Shown here piece by piece: positions 19,839-31,483 of a stretch of 64,000 nt of DNA. The stretch lies in contig CAXXUK010000001.1 of NCBI GenBank assembly GCA_963665125.2, positions 2,816,001 through 2,880,000 on the forward strand, read 5' to 3'. The position numbers were made by a program, and so were the translations under genes. Source of the DNA: an uncultured Desulfarculus sp. GTDB lineage: Bacteria; Desulfobacterota; Desulfarculia; Desulfarculales; Desulfarculaceae. The notes under the pieces were generated by a model. That model worked only from the letters and a program-made list of their open reading frames with translations, was not told the DNA's origin and made no database searches. Positions within the stretch are counted from its first letter, which is position 1. Each line of letters opens with the position of its first letter.

Positions 19839-22259
19839 ATGTTGATTTCGCCCGCTGAATACAAAGAAGGCAAACAGCCTCCTAAAAAACCAAAAAAGAA
19901 AAGCGCTCTCAAGGCCGTATTCAAATGGGCATTCATCGCCTTGATCCTGCTGTCGGCATTGGGCGCGGGCCTGGCCGTGGGCGGCTGGTTCTGGATCAGC
20001 CGCGACCTGCCCAGCATCGAGACACTCAACAACTACAATCCCCCGGCCGTTACCCAGGTCTTCAGCCGTGACGGCAAGCTCATGGCCGAGTTCATGCGCC
20101 AGCGCCGTTATCTGGTGAATTTGGAGGAACTGCCGGCCCACGTGGGCCAGGCCTTCGTGGCCGCCGAGGACGGCGATTTCTACCATCACGAAGGCGTGGA
20201 CATCCCCGGCATCATCCGGGCGGCCCTGGCCAACTTTCGGGCGGGCCGGGTGGTCCAAGGCGGCAGCACCATCACCCAGCAGGTGGCCAAGGCCCTGCTG
20301 CTGACGCCCCGGCGGACCTATATCCGCAAGTTCAAGGAAATGATCCTGGCCTGGCGCATGGAGAAATACCTGACCAAGGACCAGATTCTCAATATCTACA
20401 TCAACCACATCTATCTTGGCCACGGGGCCTATGGCGTCGAGGCCGCGGCCCGGACCTATTTCAACAAGCACGCCGAACAGTTGTCCGTCGCCGAATCGGC
20501 CCTCATCGCCGGATTGATCCAGGCCCCCAGCCGCTACAGCCCGGTGCGCGAACCAAAACGGGCCAGGAACCGCCAGCTCTACGTCATCGACCGCATGCTG
20601 GCCGAGGGCTTTATCACTTCAGAGCATGCCGAGCAGGCCCGCACCGAGCAGCTTGAGGTAAGCATCCACCACGAAGTGGCGGTGGACGCGCCCTACTACA
20701 CCGAGAGCGTTCGCCGCTGGCTCATGGACCGTTTCGGGGCCGACGCGCTCTACGACGGCGGCCTGCGGGTGGAGACCCCCTGCGACGCCAGGCTCACCGC
20801 CGCCGCCCAGCAGTCCATCGCCGCCGGGCTGGCCGATCTGACCAAGCGCCAGGGTTTCGCCGGTCCGTTGGGCCACCTGGATGAAGTGGCCCTGGCGGAA
20901 GTGGCCTCCCGGCCCTACTCGGCCAGCGAACTGCCAGCCGGCAGCGAGGTGGCCGCAGTGGTGGTCTCCCTGGACCCCAAAGGCCAGTACGCCCGCCTGC
21001 GCTTTGGCCGCGACCGGGGCGTCCTTCATCTTGAAGACGTCAAATGGGCCCATAAACGCCCCACCAGCCTTTCGGATAAGCCGGAGGCGGTCACTGAAAT
21101 AGGCCACGTCGTACAGGTTGGCGACAAGGTCATGGTGCGCATGGTCGAGCAGGAAGATATCGGCGGATGGTGGAAACTGGAACTGCTCCAGGAGCCGTTC
21201 GCCCAGGCCGCGCTTTTGGCCATGGACCCCCACAACGGCCGGGTGCAGGTGATCATCGGCGGCCGGGATTATGAAATCAGCGAATACAACCGCGCCCTGC
21301 AGGCCCACCGCCAGCCGGGAAGCGCCTTCAAGCCGTTCATCTACGCCGCAGCCCTGGACAAGGAAGACGGCAGCTACACCGCGGTGACCACCATCCTCGA
21401 CGCGCCGGTGGTCTACGACGAACCGGACCTGCCCGGCGAAAAGTGGAAGCCCAAAAACTACGAAAATCGCTTCTTCGGCCCCACCACCCTGCGCCATGCC
21501 TTGGAGCATTCCCGCAACGTGGTCACGGTGAAGTTGCTCGACGAGCTGGGCCTCAAGGACGTGGTGGACTTTACCCGCCGCCTGGGCATCACCAGCCCCA
21601 TGCAGATCAACCTGTCCCTGGCCCTGGGCACCAGCGGCCTGACTCTTCTGGAGTTGACCCGGGCCTATTGCGCCTTTGACAACGGCGGTTATCTGGTTCA
21701 GCCGGTGATGATCGAAAGAGTTCTGGACCGCCACGGCAAGGTGCTCTACGAAAGTCAGCCCGCGCCGGAACAGGTCATCAGTCCCCAGACGGCGTTTTTG
21801 ATCACCCACCTGTTGCGGGGTGTCATGGAACAAGGCACCGGCCGCGGCGTGCGGGTGCCCGGGGCGATCATGGCGGGCAAGACCGGCACAACCAACGACC
21901 TGCGCGACGCCTGGTTCGTGGGCTTCACCCCGCAGCTGGCCTGCGGCGTGTGGGTGGGCCAGGACGACAACCTTCCCCTGGGCCGCCGGGAAACCGGAGC
22001 CCGGGCTGCCGGGCCAATCTGGCGCATGTTCATGACCGAGGCGGTCAAGGGAGAAAAGCCCACCGACTTCCCCGTGCCCGAGGGCGTGGTGTTCGTGCGG
22101 GTGGACCGCGAGACCGGCAAGCCCCTGCCCGCCGGATCAGACGGCGGCTTCTTCGAGGCATTCAAGGCCGGCACCGAACCCAAACCGGAGGAGGCGGCCG
22201 TCAAAAAGCCTGAAAACAATGCCTCGGAGTTTTTGCAGGGCGAGACGTTCGCCAAATAG
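19839..22259 (+). CDS. mrcA: Penicillin-binding protein 1A
   Basis: N-terminal TM, AAED..FY.H.G, QGGSTITQQ, RQPGSAFKP, SRN, KTG. Confidence 0.93.
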   Translation: MLISPAEYKEGKQPPKKPKKKSALKAVFKWAFIALILLSALGAGLAVGGWFWISRDLPSIETLNNYNPPAVTQVFSRDGKLMAEFMRQRRYLVNLEELPAHVGQAFVAAEDGDFYHHEGVDIPGIIRAALANFRAGRVVQGGSTITQQVAKALLLTPRRTYIRKFKEMILAWRMEKYLTKDQILNIYINHIYLGHGAYGVEAAARTYFNKHAEQLSVAESALIAGLIQAPSRYSPVREPKRARNRQLYVIDRMLAEGFITSEHAEQARTEQLEVSIHHEVAVDAPYYTESVRRWLMDRFGADALYDGGLRVETPCDARLTAAAQQSIAAGLADLTKRQGFAGPLGHLDEVALAEVASRPYSASELPAGSEVAAVVVSLDPKGQYARLRFGRDRGVLHLEDVKWAHKRPTSLSDKPEAVTEIGHVVQVGDKVMVRMVEQEDIGGWWKLELLQEPFAQAALLAMDPHNGRVQVIIGGRDYEISEYNRALQAHRQPGSAFKPFIYAAALDKEDGSYTAVTTILDAPVVYDEPDLPGEKWKPKNYENRFFGPTTLRHALEHSRNVVTVKLLDELGLKDVVDFTRRLGITSPMQINLSLALGTSGLTLLELTRAYCAFDNGGYLVQPVMIERVLDRHGKVLYESQPAPEQVISPQTAFLITHLLRGVMEQGTGRGVRVPGAIMAGKTGTTNDLRDAWFVGFTPQLACGVWVGQDDNLPLGRRETGARAAGPIWRMFMTEAVKGEKPTDFPVPEGVVFVRVDRETGKPLPAGSDGGFFEAFKAGTEPKPEEAAVKKPENNASEFLQGETFAK

Positions 22260-22400
22260 GCGGCCATGGGGCGAATCGGGCGTCAAGCTATCCGGGGCAA
22301 TTGGAGCGCCAACTACGCGGCCATCGCCCCATGCACTTCTATCCCAATGTCTTCAGCCGCGCGCCCAGGACAAAGGCCCCCGAAGCGCCCCAACACTAAC

Positions 22401-22793
22401 TCAATTGGACCGTGGGGTAAAACTTTTCATGAGGCTGATGGCGGCCGTAGTCACGTCACCCGTACTGCCCACGGCAATGTTTCCATTGACGGTGGGATTG
22501 CTGAACATAATGTGGAGCTTGCCATTGACCTCGCGCTCCACCAGATGCTTCCAATCGCCCTTGGCCACCTGCTCCTTGTAGAAATCGTAGACCTCTTGTT
22601 TTGACGCTGAGCCGCAATCAAGCACGGCCTGGACGACCATAGGGCTGTCAGTGGCGTCTTTCACCGTAGCGCCGGGATAGAGTTCGAATTCCGCCGCCAA
22701 TTTGGCGGGCATTTCCGATGCAGCCCAGACTGCCGGAGGGACGGCCAGCGCTGCCAGAAGGATCAGGAGGGGGAGGATGGCTTTGTTGCGCAT
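22401..22793 (-). CDS. Secreted hypothetical protein
   Basis: Signal peptide ending AVWA; LYPGA..VYDFYK..GDW pattern. Confidence 0.7.
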   Translation of the reverse strand: MRNKAILPLLILLAALAVPPAVWAASEMPAKLAAEFELYPGATVKDATDSPMVVQAVLDCGSASKQEVYDFYKEQVAKGDWKHLVEREVNGKLHIMFSNPTVNGNIAVGSTGDVTTAAISLMKSFTPRSN

Positions 22794-23203
22794 ATAGCTT
22801 CGCTTTCTGGGCAGGCTTTGGGAGCGGTGGCTCGCGTTGGGCCGTTGCCGCCATTTTCAGTGTTGGCCCCGGCATAATTCTTGAAGTGGCAGGGGGGCGG
22901 TCTGCCCTGTCAAACCAGATCATGCCGCATTAGCTGTGCTTCTTGTTTGGGCTGGTTGCTTTAAAAAGGGCGTTGTTCACATTTAATTAATTTTGAGATC
23001 AATTTTTGTTTAACCTCGTTGGACAGGTGACCACGGCAAGCATCTTTATACGTAATGGAGGATATTGCCATTGTCGGCCCAGACCGGGCTTGCGGCCGGC
23101 AGCATGGAGGCCAACCCAAATGCGGTGATTGTTCAGTTCCGGTTTCGCAGGCAATCTTCCCCCATCTTCTTGCTACAATAAAATCCAAAGGCTGATGGGT
23201 TGA

Positions 23204-23872
23204 CTAAAGATCGCTCAGGTCGTCGCGGACCACGAACAGCAGGTTGAAGTTTTCCCGCAGTTCGGCAACCAGGGCCTCCAGCCTGTCGTCGGGCATGTCC
23301 TCGATGCGGAAATAGACATTGCGGCGACCCTCGCCCTTGACGTCATACGAACTCAGCACGCTCATGACGATGGCGCCGTGATCGCGAATGAAGTCGGTGA
23401 TGTCCTTGATGATGCCGACCTTGTTTTCCATGTCAAAGGCGATCTGGATGCCGCCACGGTAAACGCCGGTTATAGTGGTGAGCAGGCGGAACACGTCGCC
23501 TTGGCTGATGATGCCCACCAAATGGCCCTGGTCGATGACCGGCAGACCGGTGATGCGGTGCTCCAGCATCTTCACCGCCGCCTTTTCCACGGTCTCGCCG
23601 ATGCCGATGGTGATGGCGTCACGGGTCATGATGTCCTTGACCTTTAGCTCGGCCAAGAGGTAATACAACTCGTGCACGTCCAGAGTCGTTGCTTTGGAAG
23701 GGCTGGCATCCCGGAGATCGGTCTCCGTGATTATTCCCACGAGATGATTATCGTCATCCACCACGGGCAGCCTGCGAATGGTGTTGTCCTTCATAAGCTG
23801 CGATGCGTGCATGACCGAAGTGTCCGGAGTCACGGTGAGAGGGTCTGAACTCATCCACTCCTTGACCAGCAT
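23204..23872 (-). CDS. CBS-pair plus ACT domain protein (AcuB-like)
   Basis: MLVKEWMS..RRLPVVD..SPSKATTLD; GGAGG RBS before 23872. Confidence 0.9.
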   Translation of the reverse strand: MLVKEWMSSDPLTVTPDTSVMHASQLMKDNTIRRLPVVDDDNHLVGIITETDLRDASPSKATTLDVHELYYLLAELKVKDIMTRDAITIGIGETVEKAAVKMLEHRITGLPVIDQGHLVGIISQGDVFRLLTTITGVYRGGIQIAFDMENKVGIIKDITDFIRDHGAIVMSVLSSYDVKGEGRRNVYFRIEDMPDDRLEALVAELRENFNLLFVVRDDLSDL

Positions 23873-23999
23873 TGGGCCTCCTCCACTGGATGCCGGCGGC
23901 GTGGGCATTCCGCCGAATCTTGTGCTTGTCCGGTGATCAAGATACAATCCCGGCATTTATTTGACAAGATGTTTCATATAACTGAAAAGTCTATTACCC

Positions 24000-25925
24000 G
24001 TGAATGACGACCGGCTGGACAACCTGGAACAGGCAGTGACCACGGCGCTGGGGCCCGAAAGCCCCCTTACCGAGGAGCTTCCGGGCTTCGCTCCTCGCCG
24101 GGGCCAGGTGGACATGGCCCTGGCCGTGGCCCGCACCCTGCGCCAGCAGGTTCCGCTGGTGGTGGAGGCCGGTACGGGCACCGGCAAAACCCTGGCCTAT
24201 CTCATTCCGGCCGTGGCCGCCGGGCTCAAGACCATAATCTCCACCGGCACCAAGACCCTCCAGGACCAGGTCAACGCCAAGGAACTGCCCCTATTGGCCA
24301 AGACCATGGCCCCCGGCCTGCGCTGGGCCGTGTTGAAGGGCCGGTCGAATTACCTTTGCCTGCGCCGCTACAGGTCGTTTACCTCCCAGCCCGACCTGGG
24401 CCTTCCGGGAGCAGTGTCCGCCCTGGCCACGCTAAAGCGGTGGCTGGCCGAGGGCGGCGGCGGCGACCTGGACGAAGTGCGCGGCCGGGGCCTGGATAGG
24501 GCCGTACTGCCGGAAATAACCTCCAACAGCGAACAGTGTCTGGGCGGCCGCTGCGAGTTTCGCAACGAATGCCACCTGACCGAGGCCCGCCGCAAGGCCG
24601 CCGAGGCCGACGTGGTGGTGGTCAATCACCACCTGTTCCTGGCCGACCTGCGGCTCAAGGCCGAGGGCCACGGCGAGGCCCTGCCCCGCTACCAGGCCGT
24701 TGTGTTCGACGAGGCCCACATGCTTCCGGACGTGGCCACGGCCATCTTCGGTGTTACGGCCTCCGAGGCCAGGCTGCGCCAACTCTTGGCCGATATTGCT
24801 CGTGGCCTGGCGGCTGACCCTTCGGTGAGCGGGGCGGCCATGAGTTGCGAACAGGCCGGCAAACAGTTTTTTGGCGAACTGGGCAATGTGCTCAAGCGAA
24901 ACGGCCACGGCGGCCTGAGCCAGGCTCAATTGGAAGGCCTCAAAGACCACAGCGGCGCCATGGCCGCGGCCCTTGATGAACTGGCCGACTGCCTGGCCGA
25001 GGCCTCCGGCGATGAAGCCGAGGCGTTGAGCGCCAGGGCGGCGGCCCTGTCCATGGATCTGCACGCGGCCTGCGACCCCGCGCCGGGCCACACCGTGGCC
25101 TGGATCGAACGCCGGGGCCGGGGGTTGTCGCTGAATCTGTCCCCGGTTGACGTGGGTCCGCACCTGGACCACGCCCTCTACCAGGAAAACGGCCGCCTGG
25201 TCTTTACCAGCGCCACCATGGCCGCCGGTGACGACCTGGCGCCCATGGCCCGCCGCCTGGGCCTGCCCACGGAGACCCGAAAGCAGGTTGTGGCCTCGCC
25301 CTTTGATCCGGCCAGCCAGGCGCTATTGTATGTGCCCAAAAACATGCCCCAACCCAACTCTCCCGGCTTTGCCAAAGCCGTGGCCGATCAGGTGGAGATG
25401 CTGTTGACCCACAGCCGGGGCCGAGCCTTTATCCTGTTTACAAGCCACCGCGTTCTCGACGCCGTCAGCAGGCTGCTGGCCGGAAAGCTGACCTACCCCT
25501 GCCTGATCCAGGGCCAAGCCCCCCGCCTCAAGTTGATCGAGCGCTTCATGGCCGAGCCCAGCGTGCTTTTCGCCACGGCCAGCTTTTGGCAGGGGGTGGA
25601 CGTTCCCGGCGAGGCGCTGAGCGCCGTGATCATCGACAAACTGCCGTTCTCCCCGCCGGACGACCCCCTGGTGGCCGCCCGCATGGCAAGGTTGGAATCG
25701 GAGGGAATGAGCGGCTTCGCCCACCTAATGGTGCCCGAGGCCATCCTCAGCCTGAAGCAGGGACTGGGCCGTCTGCTGCGCACCCCCGAGGACAGGGGTC
25801 TGCTGGCCGTGCTGGACAACAGGATCATCACCAAGCCTTATGGCCGGCGTTTTATCAAGGCCTTGCAGCCGGTGCCCCTGACCAGCGACCCCGGCGATGT
25901 AGAGGCATTTTTCCTTGCCACCTGA
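24000..25925 (+). CDS. ATP-dependent DinG/YoaA family helicase
   Basis: EAGTGTGKT, KGRSNYLC, Fe-S Cys cluster, DEAH, FWQGVD, QGLGRLLR. Confidence 0.93.
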   Translation: MNDDRLDNLEQAVTTALGPESPLTEELPGFAPRRGQVDMALAVARTLRQQVPLVVEAGTGTGKTLAYLIPAVAAGLKTIISTGTKTLQDQVNAKELPLLAKTMAPGLRWAVLKGRSNYLCLRRYRSFTSQPDLGLPGAVSALATLKRWLAEGGGGDLDEVRGRGLDRAVLPEITSNSEQCLGGRCEFRNECHLTEARRKAAEADVVVVNHHLFLADLRLKAEGHGEALPRYQAVVFDEAHMLPDVATAIFGVTASEARLRQLLADIARGLAADPSVSGAAMSCEQAGKQFFGELGNVLKRNGHGGLSQAQLEGLKDHSGAMAAALDELADCLAEASGDEAEALSARAAALSMDLHAACDPAPGHTVAWIERRGRGLSLNLSPVDVGPHLDHALYQENGRLVFTSATMAAGDDLAPMARRLGLPTETRKQVVASPFDPASQALLYVPKNMPQPNSPGFAKAVADQVEMLLTHSRGRAFILFTSHRVLDAVSRLLAGKLTYPCLIQGQAPRLKLIERFMAEPSVLFATASFWQGVDVPGEALSAVIIDKLPFSPPDDPLVAARMARLESEGMSGFAHLMVPEAILSLKQGLGRLLRTPEDRGLLAVLDNRIITKPYGRRFIKALQPVPLTSDPGDVEAFFLAT

Positions 25926-26250
25926 TAGGTATTATCAATACCTAAAATTTGCGATTTTTTTCTGAACAAGGTTTGATATTTATAGAATATTCAGTATTCT
26001 TTTGATCTATTAAAGATTCAATTAAAACTGCTAAATACGTTTGAACAACCGGGTTTCATTATTCCGGCCGTGTTTGCGGCTTGGCTGGAGAAATGCCGCG
26101 TTTGTTACAATTTGCATGCATTTTTGAATCTTTATTTTGATTTGCATTTATCCGATTTGTTAATATCGATCATCCAGTCGAACATGAAAAAGCAAATGGT
26201 CATACCTGTCTCACAGCAGGACAGTGGCCAAGGCAAACGAAAGGTTCGCA

Positions 26251-28236
26251 ATGTTTAAAAATCTTACGCTTACGACCAGGATTATCGGAGGATTCGGAAT
26301 CCTGATCATTATCATGCTGGTACTGTCGGCAACCGGTTTCTTCGCCATAAAAAGCTCAGGCGACATCCTTTCCCGTACGGCGGCCATGATCAACGTCATG
26401 ACCGGTTCTTCCCAGATCGAACTACAACAGAACCGTTATGAAAAATCCCCCGACCCGGACTTTTTCAACAAGGCCGACGCCGCCTATAAAAAGGGCCTGG
26501 CAGAGTTGGGCAAACTTGAGAAGACCTTTAACGACAAAGAGCACATTCAAAAAGTCAAGCAGGCCGGTCAGGACCTGGCCAGTTCCCACAAAGCGTTTGT
26601 GGAATTCATAGAACTGGACAAAAAAAAGCGCGCCGAATTGAAGAACATGCTCTCCAGCGCCGAAAAGGCCGTTAATCTTTGCCAGACAGTTGTCGACGAG
26701 GAGAGCAAAGATCTGAAGGCCGCCAACGACAAGGCCAAGGCGGACATGGCCGACGCCATTCTGGGCCTGGACATCGAGCGCATGGAGCGCATCCAGAAGG
26801 AATCCACGGAAGTAGTCGATAAAAAATGGCAGGCGGCCCAAGCGGCCCAAGCGATGAGTTCCAACGTCAAGGACGCCAGAATCGAAGTTCTCTATTTTCT
26901 TGATCTCAAGAATAAAGAGGCCCAAAACAAGGTTGAAGCCAGGTTCAAAACAATTGACGGCCTGCTGGGACAGCTCAAGCCATTAATTGAAAATCCGGAA
27001 ACGCAAAAAGAAATCGCAAGCCTGGAAGAGGCCTTAACCAACTATAAGGGTTCGTTTTCCAAGCTTGCCACGGACGTCCTGGGGCAAGACAATCTCGCAA
27101 CACTCATTGCCGCGAACGGCCGCAAGGTGGAGGCCGAACTTTCGCCGCTCCAGGCCGAGTATACATTGGCTTTGTTCTCCACCATGACCGGCGCGGTGAC
27201 CACCATCGCCGTGGCCACCCTGGTTGGCCTTGTTATCGGTGTTTTGCTGGCCCTGTTCCTGACCCGCAGCATCACCAGGCCCGTACGTGACGCCGTGGCC
27301 GGCCTGACCGAAGGAGCCGAGCAGGTCACATCGGCCTCTCAGGAAGTCAGCCGGGCCAGCCAGCTTTTGGCCGAGGGTTCGTCCACCCAGGCATCAAGCC
27401 TGGAGGAAACCAGCGCCTCGATGGAGGAAATGGCCTCCATGACCCGCCAAAACGCCGATCACGCCCAGCAGACCAACCAGCTCATGAACGAAGCCAGCAC
27501 GCAATTGCAGTCGGCCAACGAGTCGGTAACAGCCTTGAAAAAGGCCATTGACAGCATCGACAAGGCCAGCGATGAAACGGTCAAGATCATCAAGACCATC
27601 GACGAAATCGCCTTCCAGACCAACCTGTTGGCCCTCAACGCCGCGGTTGAGGCCGCTCGCGCCGGCGAGGCCGGTGCGGGCTTTGCCGTTGTGGCCGACG
27701 AGGTCCGCAACCTGGCCATGCGCGCCGCCGAGGCCGCCAAGAACACCCAGGAACTCATCGAGGGCAACGTAACCAACATCAAGCAGGGCGCTTCCCTGAT
27801 GATCGACACGGAACAGGCCTTTGCCAAGGTCGCCGAGATAGCCCAAAAGGCAGGCGGATTGGTGGCCGAAGTCGCCGCCGCCAGCAGCGAGCAGGCCCAG
27901 GGCATCGATCAGGTCAACGCGGCCATGACCAATATGGACCGGGTCACCCAGCAGAACGCGGCCAGCGCCGAGGAATCGGCCGCCGCCTCCGAACAACTCT
28001 CGGCCCAGGCCCTGACCATGCAGGGAATTATCACGGAATTGGCTTCACTGGTGACCAAGCGGGGCAATGGCGCCGTTAGAGTGGCGGCCGCCCCGGCTCC
28101 GGCCTATATCCCACCCAAGGCCGAGCCCGCGGCAAAGAAGCAGCCGGCACGCTTGGCGCCGCCAGCCAAGAAGGAGCAATCGCCGGAGTCCGTTATTCCC
28201 CTGGATGACGACGACGGAGATTTCTCGGACTTTTAA
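26251..28236 (+). CDS. Methyl-accepting chemotaxis protein
   Basis: Two TM helices, large periplasmic domain, [31 protein letters not shown]-terminal DFSDF pentapeptide. Confidence 0.96.
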   Translation: MFKNLTLTTRIIGGFGILIIIMLVLSATGFFAIKSSGDILSRTAAMINVMTGSSQIELQQNRYEKSPDPDFFNKADAAYKKGLAELGKLEKTFNDKEHIQKVKQAGQDLASSHKAFVEFIELDKKKRAELKNMLSSAEKAVNLCQTVVDEESKDLKAANDKAKADMADAILGLDIERMERIQKESTEVVDKKWQAAQAAQAMSSNVKDARIEVLYFLDLKNKEAQNKVEARFKTIDGLLGQLKPLIENPETQKEIASLEEALTNYKGSFSKLATDVLGQDNLATLIAANGRKVEAELSPLQAEYTLALFSTMTGAVTTIAVATLVGLVIGVLLALFLTRSITRPVRDAVAGLTEGAEQVTSASQEVSRASQLLAEGSSTQASSLEETSASMEEMASMTRQNADHAQQTNQLMNEASTQLQSANESVTALKKAIDSIDKASDETVKIIKTIDEIAFQTNLLALNAAVEAARAGEAGAGFAVVADEVRNLAMRAAEAAKNTQELIEGNVTNIKQGASLMIDTEQAFAKVAEIAQKAGGLVAEVAAASSEQAQGIDQVNAAMTNMDRVTQQNAASAEESAAASEQLSAQALTMQGIITELASLVTKRGNGAVRVAAAPAPAYIPPKAEPAAKKQPARLAPPAKKEQSPESVIPLDDDDGDFSDF

Positions 28237-28255
28237 TAGATTAGCCGGTACTATC

Positions 28256-28293
28256 AAAGGCGGTCCGGGCTGTACGGCCCGGACTGCCTTTTT
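28256..28293. terminator. Bidirectional terminator between convergent genes
   Basis: aaaggcggtccgggc / gcccggactgccttt stem with A/T flanks. Confidence 0.85.
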
Positions 28294-28297
28294 CGTT

Positions 28298-29992
28298 TCA
28301 GGCAAAGCGCTGGGAGGGGTCTTTGCCCACCTTTTTCCACTCGATGTCGCGCAGTTCCCGGCGCAGGATCTTGCCAACCGCGCTCTTGGGCAAGCCGTCC
28401 ATGAACTCGTAGACCTTGGGAACCTTGTACGAGGTCAACCGCTCCCGGCACCAGGCGTCCAGCTCCTTGTCGCCGGCGCTGGCCCCGTCCTTGAACACCA
28501 CGAAGGCCTTGACTGTCTCGCCGCGGTATTCATCGGGCACGCCAACGGCGCACGCCTCCAGCACGGCCGGATGATCGTAGAGCACTTCCTCGATGTCACG
28601 GGGGTAGATGTTGAATCCGCCTGCCACGATCATGTCCTTGGTGCGGTCGACGATGTATAGGAAGCCTTCCTCGTCCATCTTGCCCACGTCGCCGGTGAAG
28701 AACCAGCCGTCTCTGATGGATGCCGCCGTCTCTTCGGGCTGATTGTAATAACCGTCGCACATCTGGGGCCCCCTGAAGGCGATCTGGCCAGGTTCGCCCA
28801 CCGCCACCGGCGATACGTCGTCTTCGATGCTCACCAGCCTGAGGTCCGTGTTGGGCAGGGGCACGCCAACGCTGCCCGGCTTGAGCGTTCCCCGCCACGG
28901 CGTCGATGTGACCAGGGCGCAGGACTCGGTCATGCCGTAGACCTCGATGATGTCGCCGCCGGTGGCCGCCTTGAGCTTGTTGATGGTGTCGATGGCCAGC
29001 GGCGCGGCCCCGGAGAAAAAGCCCTGGATGAACGACAGGTCGGCCTTGTGAAACTCGGGCAGGGCCATGACGCCGACGTACATTGTCGGCACGGCCGGGA
29101 AGAAGTCGGGCTTGTATTTGAGCACCATGTCCAGCACGGGCTTGGGCTCCGGTTTGGGCACCAAGGCCATGCTGCGGCCCATGTTCACGGCGATGTTCAT
29201 CACCCCCGTGAATCCGGCTATGTGGAAGATGGGAAACACGCCCAAGGTCCGGCCTTTTGAATCAATGGTGCCGTAGAACCACGCATTCATGATCTGGGCG
29301 ATGGCGGTGGCATTGCCGTGGGTGGTGCGCACTCCCTTGGCCCGGCCCGTGGTGCCGCCGGTAAAGGGAATCAGGGCCAGATCGTCCATCAAAGGCGGCG
29401 GCCCGCTGAACTCGCCAGGCGCGTCCTTGATGACCGTAGTGAATTCATGATAATCCCTGGCCTTTTCAAAGCGCCGGTAGAGTTCTTTTTTAACAAAGGG
29501 AAACAGCTGCTTGAGGGGGAAAGGCAGGTAGTCGCTCAAGTGGCAGCAGATTACCGGACCAAAGCCGAGTTGGTCGCGCAGGGCCAGGATGCGCGGGCAC
29601 AACAGGTCGAAGCTGATGGCCGCGCAGACTCCGGCGTGCTCGAACTGATACTTAAGTTCGGCGTCGGTGTACAACGGATTGCAGGGCACCGGAATGGCCC
29701 GCAGCCGCCACAGGGCGAACATGGAGATAACCACCTGGGGCGTGTTGGGCAACAGCACGGCCACCCGATCGCCGCTTTTGACGCCGAGGTTGGCCAGCCC
29801 GGCGGCAAAACGATTGACCAGCCGGTTGAGCTGATCATAGTTGATGGTCTTGCCCATGAACATCAGGGCTTCGTTGCCGGGCATATCCCGGACCGTGCGG
29901 TCCAGGATTTCGGGCATGGTCACCGGCTTGATGTCAATCTCCGGCGGCACCTCGGGCCGATAGTGGCTATGCCAAACACGCTGGTCCATCAA
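28298..29992 (-). CDS. Long-chain fatty acid-CoA ligase
   Basis: FTGGTTGRAKG, YGMTE, FFTGD, LPKSAVGKILR. Confidence 0.92.
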   Translation of the reverse strand: MMDQRVWHSHYRPEVPPEIDIKPVTMPEILDRTVRDMPGNEALMFMGKTINYDQLNRLVNRFAAGLANLGVKSGDRVAVLLPNTPQVVISMFALWRLRAIPVPCNPLYTDAELKYQFEHAGVCAAISFDLLCPRILALRDQLGFGPVICCHLSDYLPFPLKQLFPFVKKELYRRFEKARDYHEFTTVIKDAPGEFSGPPPLMDDLALIPFTGGTTGRAKGVRTTHGNATAIAQIMNAWFYGTIDSKGRTLGVFPIFHIAGFTGVMNIAVNMGRSMALVPKPEPKPVLDMVLKYKPDFFPAVPTMYVGVMALPEFHKADLSFIQGFFSGAAPLAIDTINKLKAATGGDIIEVYGMTESCALVTSTPWRGTLKPGSVGVPLPNTDLRLVSIEDDVSPVAVGEPGQIAFRGPQMCDGYYNQPEETAASIRDGWFFTGDVGKMDEEGFLYIVDRTKDMIVAGGFNIYPRDIEEVLYDHPAVLEACAVGVPDEYRGETVKAFVVFKDGASAGDKELDAWCRERLTSYKVPKVYEFMDGLPKSAVGKILRRELRDIEWKKVGKDPSQRFA

Positions 29993-30046
29993 TTCTCCTC
30001 CAGGATTTGAATCATGGGCCGCCAGAGATGCTTCACGCCGGATGTG

Positions 30047-31183
30047 TTAAAAGCCCTCCATTTTAGCGATTATCTCGCTCATAACCTCGTCCGCCCCTCC
30101 GCCGATGCTCAGGATGCGGCTGTCGCGGAAGTTGCGGGATATCAGCGTCTCGTTGATAAAGCCCATGCCGCCGTGCATCTGCACGCACCCGTCGGCCACC
30201 TCGCGCACCAGGCGCCCGGCCATGAGCTTGCCCATGGAGACCTCTTTGGTGGGGTCCAGCCCCTGTTCTTTCATGCGCACGATGTGGTAGGTCAGATGCC
30301 TCAGGGCTTCGACCTCGGTGAGCCAGTCCACCATGCGGTGGCGAAGGACCTGTTTGGTTACCAGTGGCTTGCCGAAAACAATACGCTGGCGCAGGTGCTC
30401 CAGGGTCCGGCTGATCATGTCTTTGCAAAACACCACCGAGCTGGGCAGGGTGCAGAAGCGCTCGTGCTGGAACTGCTTCATCTGGTAGATGAAGCCCTCG
30501 TTTTCTTGTCCGATGAGGTTTTCCCGGGGTATGGCCAGATCATCGAAATACAACAGCGCCGTGTCGCTGGAGCGCAGGCCCACCTTGTCAAGTTCCTTGC
30601 CCACGCTGAAGCCGGGCAGATCGGTGGGCACCACGAACAGGCTGAAGCCGTGATAACCGGGCTCGGGCGATGTACGGGCCAATAGGGTCAGATAATCGGC
30701 CTGGATGCCGTTGGTGATGTACATCTTCGAGCCGTTGATGATGTATTTGTCGCCGTCCAGCCGGGCCGTTGTCTTCAGGGCGGCCACGTCGGAGCCGGCC
30801 TCGGGCTCGGTTACGGCTATGGCCGTGACCATGTCCCCGGCAATGGCGGGCTTCAGGTATTTTTCCTTTAGGTAATCGCTGCCGAATTCATGGATGGCCG
30901 GAGTGGCCATGTGGGTCTGCACGCAAATGGCCGTGGCCACGCCCATGCCGTTGATGTGCCCCAATTCCTCGAGAAAGACGGTCTCGAACCAATAATCAAG
31001 GCCCATGCCGCCATGTTTTTCATCGTAGCGGATGCCCAGCAGGCCCAGGTCGCCCATTTTCTTGAACAACTCATGTAGCGGAGCGGTTGTCTGCTCCCAT
31101 TGGTCCATGTATGGGTTGATCTCGGTATCGACGAATTTGCGCACCGTACGCCGCAGTGCCTCATGATCCTCATTGAAATACAA
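30047..31183 (-). CDS. Acyl-CoA dehydrogenase
   Basis: AVTEPEAGSD, NGSKMYITNG, QMHGGMGF, SIGGGADE; TTG start after a GGGGAGG RBS. Confidence 0.93.
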   Translation of the reverse strand: MYFNEDHEALRRTVRKFVDTEINPYMDQWEQTTAPLHELFKKMGDLGLLGIRYDEKHGGMGLDYWFETVFLEELGHINGMGVATAICVQTHMATPAIHEFGSDYLKEKYLKPAIAGDMVTAIAVTEPEAGSDVAALKTTARLDGDKYIINGSKMYITNGIQADYLTLLARTSPEPGYHGFSLFVVPTDLPGFSVGKELDKVGLRSSDTALLYFDDLAIPRENLIGQENEGFIYQMKQFQHERFCTLPSSVVFCKDMISRTLEHLRQRIVFGKPLVTKQVLRHRMVDWLTEVEALRHLTYHIVRMKEQGLDPTKEVSMGKLMAGRLVREVADGCVQMHGGMGFINETLISRNFRDSRILSIGGGADEVMSEIIAKMEGF

Positions 31184-31430
31184 CTTCAGCCTCCCCCTCA
31201 CAACAGCACAACCTGCTTTTACATCTTGCTTTATCGACTGACTTAATTGCAATTATTTACTAGTGTTTAATTGCTTTTTGCAGCTTTCTAAACAACGTCC
31301 ATGTTTATGATTATCGTTTACGTCAAAGTTAAAGTAGCAAACCAACTCAACCGCCGTCAACCGTGAACATGAAAACGGTTTCAGCAAATAGAATAATCCT
31401 AAAATGTCAATCAAATTCAGCACAAACGAC

Positions 31431-31460
31431 AAAAGGCGGCCCGGATTACACCAGGCCGCC
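31431..31460 (-). terminator. Terminator after the HdeD-like gene
   Basis: ggcggcc / ggccgcc stem with TTTT on the minus strand. Confidence 0.7.
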
Positions 31461-31483
31461 CGTGATGGTTTGTTTACTTTAGA

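Noticed and set aside
22961..23188. 75-aa ORF in the intergenic region
   Set aside because: No RBS or recognisable motif; AT-rich promoter-like sequence.
25926..25944. Palindrome TAGGTATT-atc-AATACCTA upstream of the MCP gene
   Set aside because: Single occurrence; cannot distinguish an operator from a weak terminator or chance.
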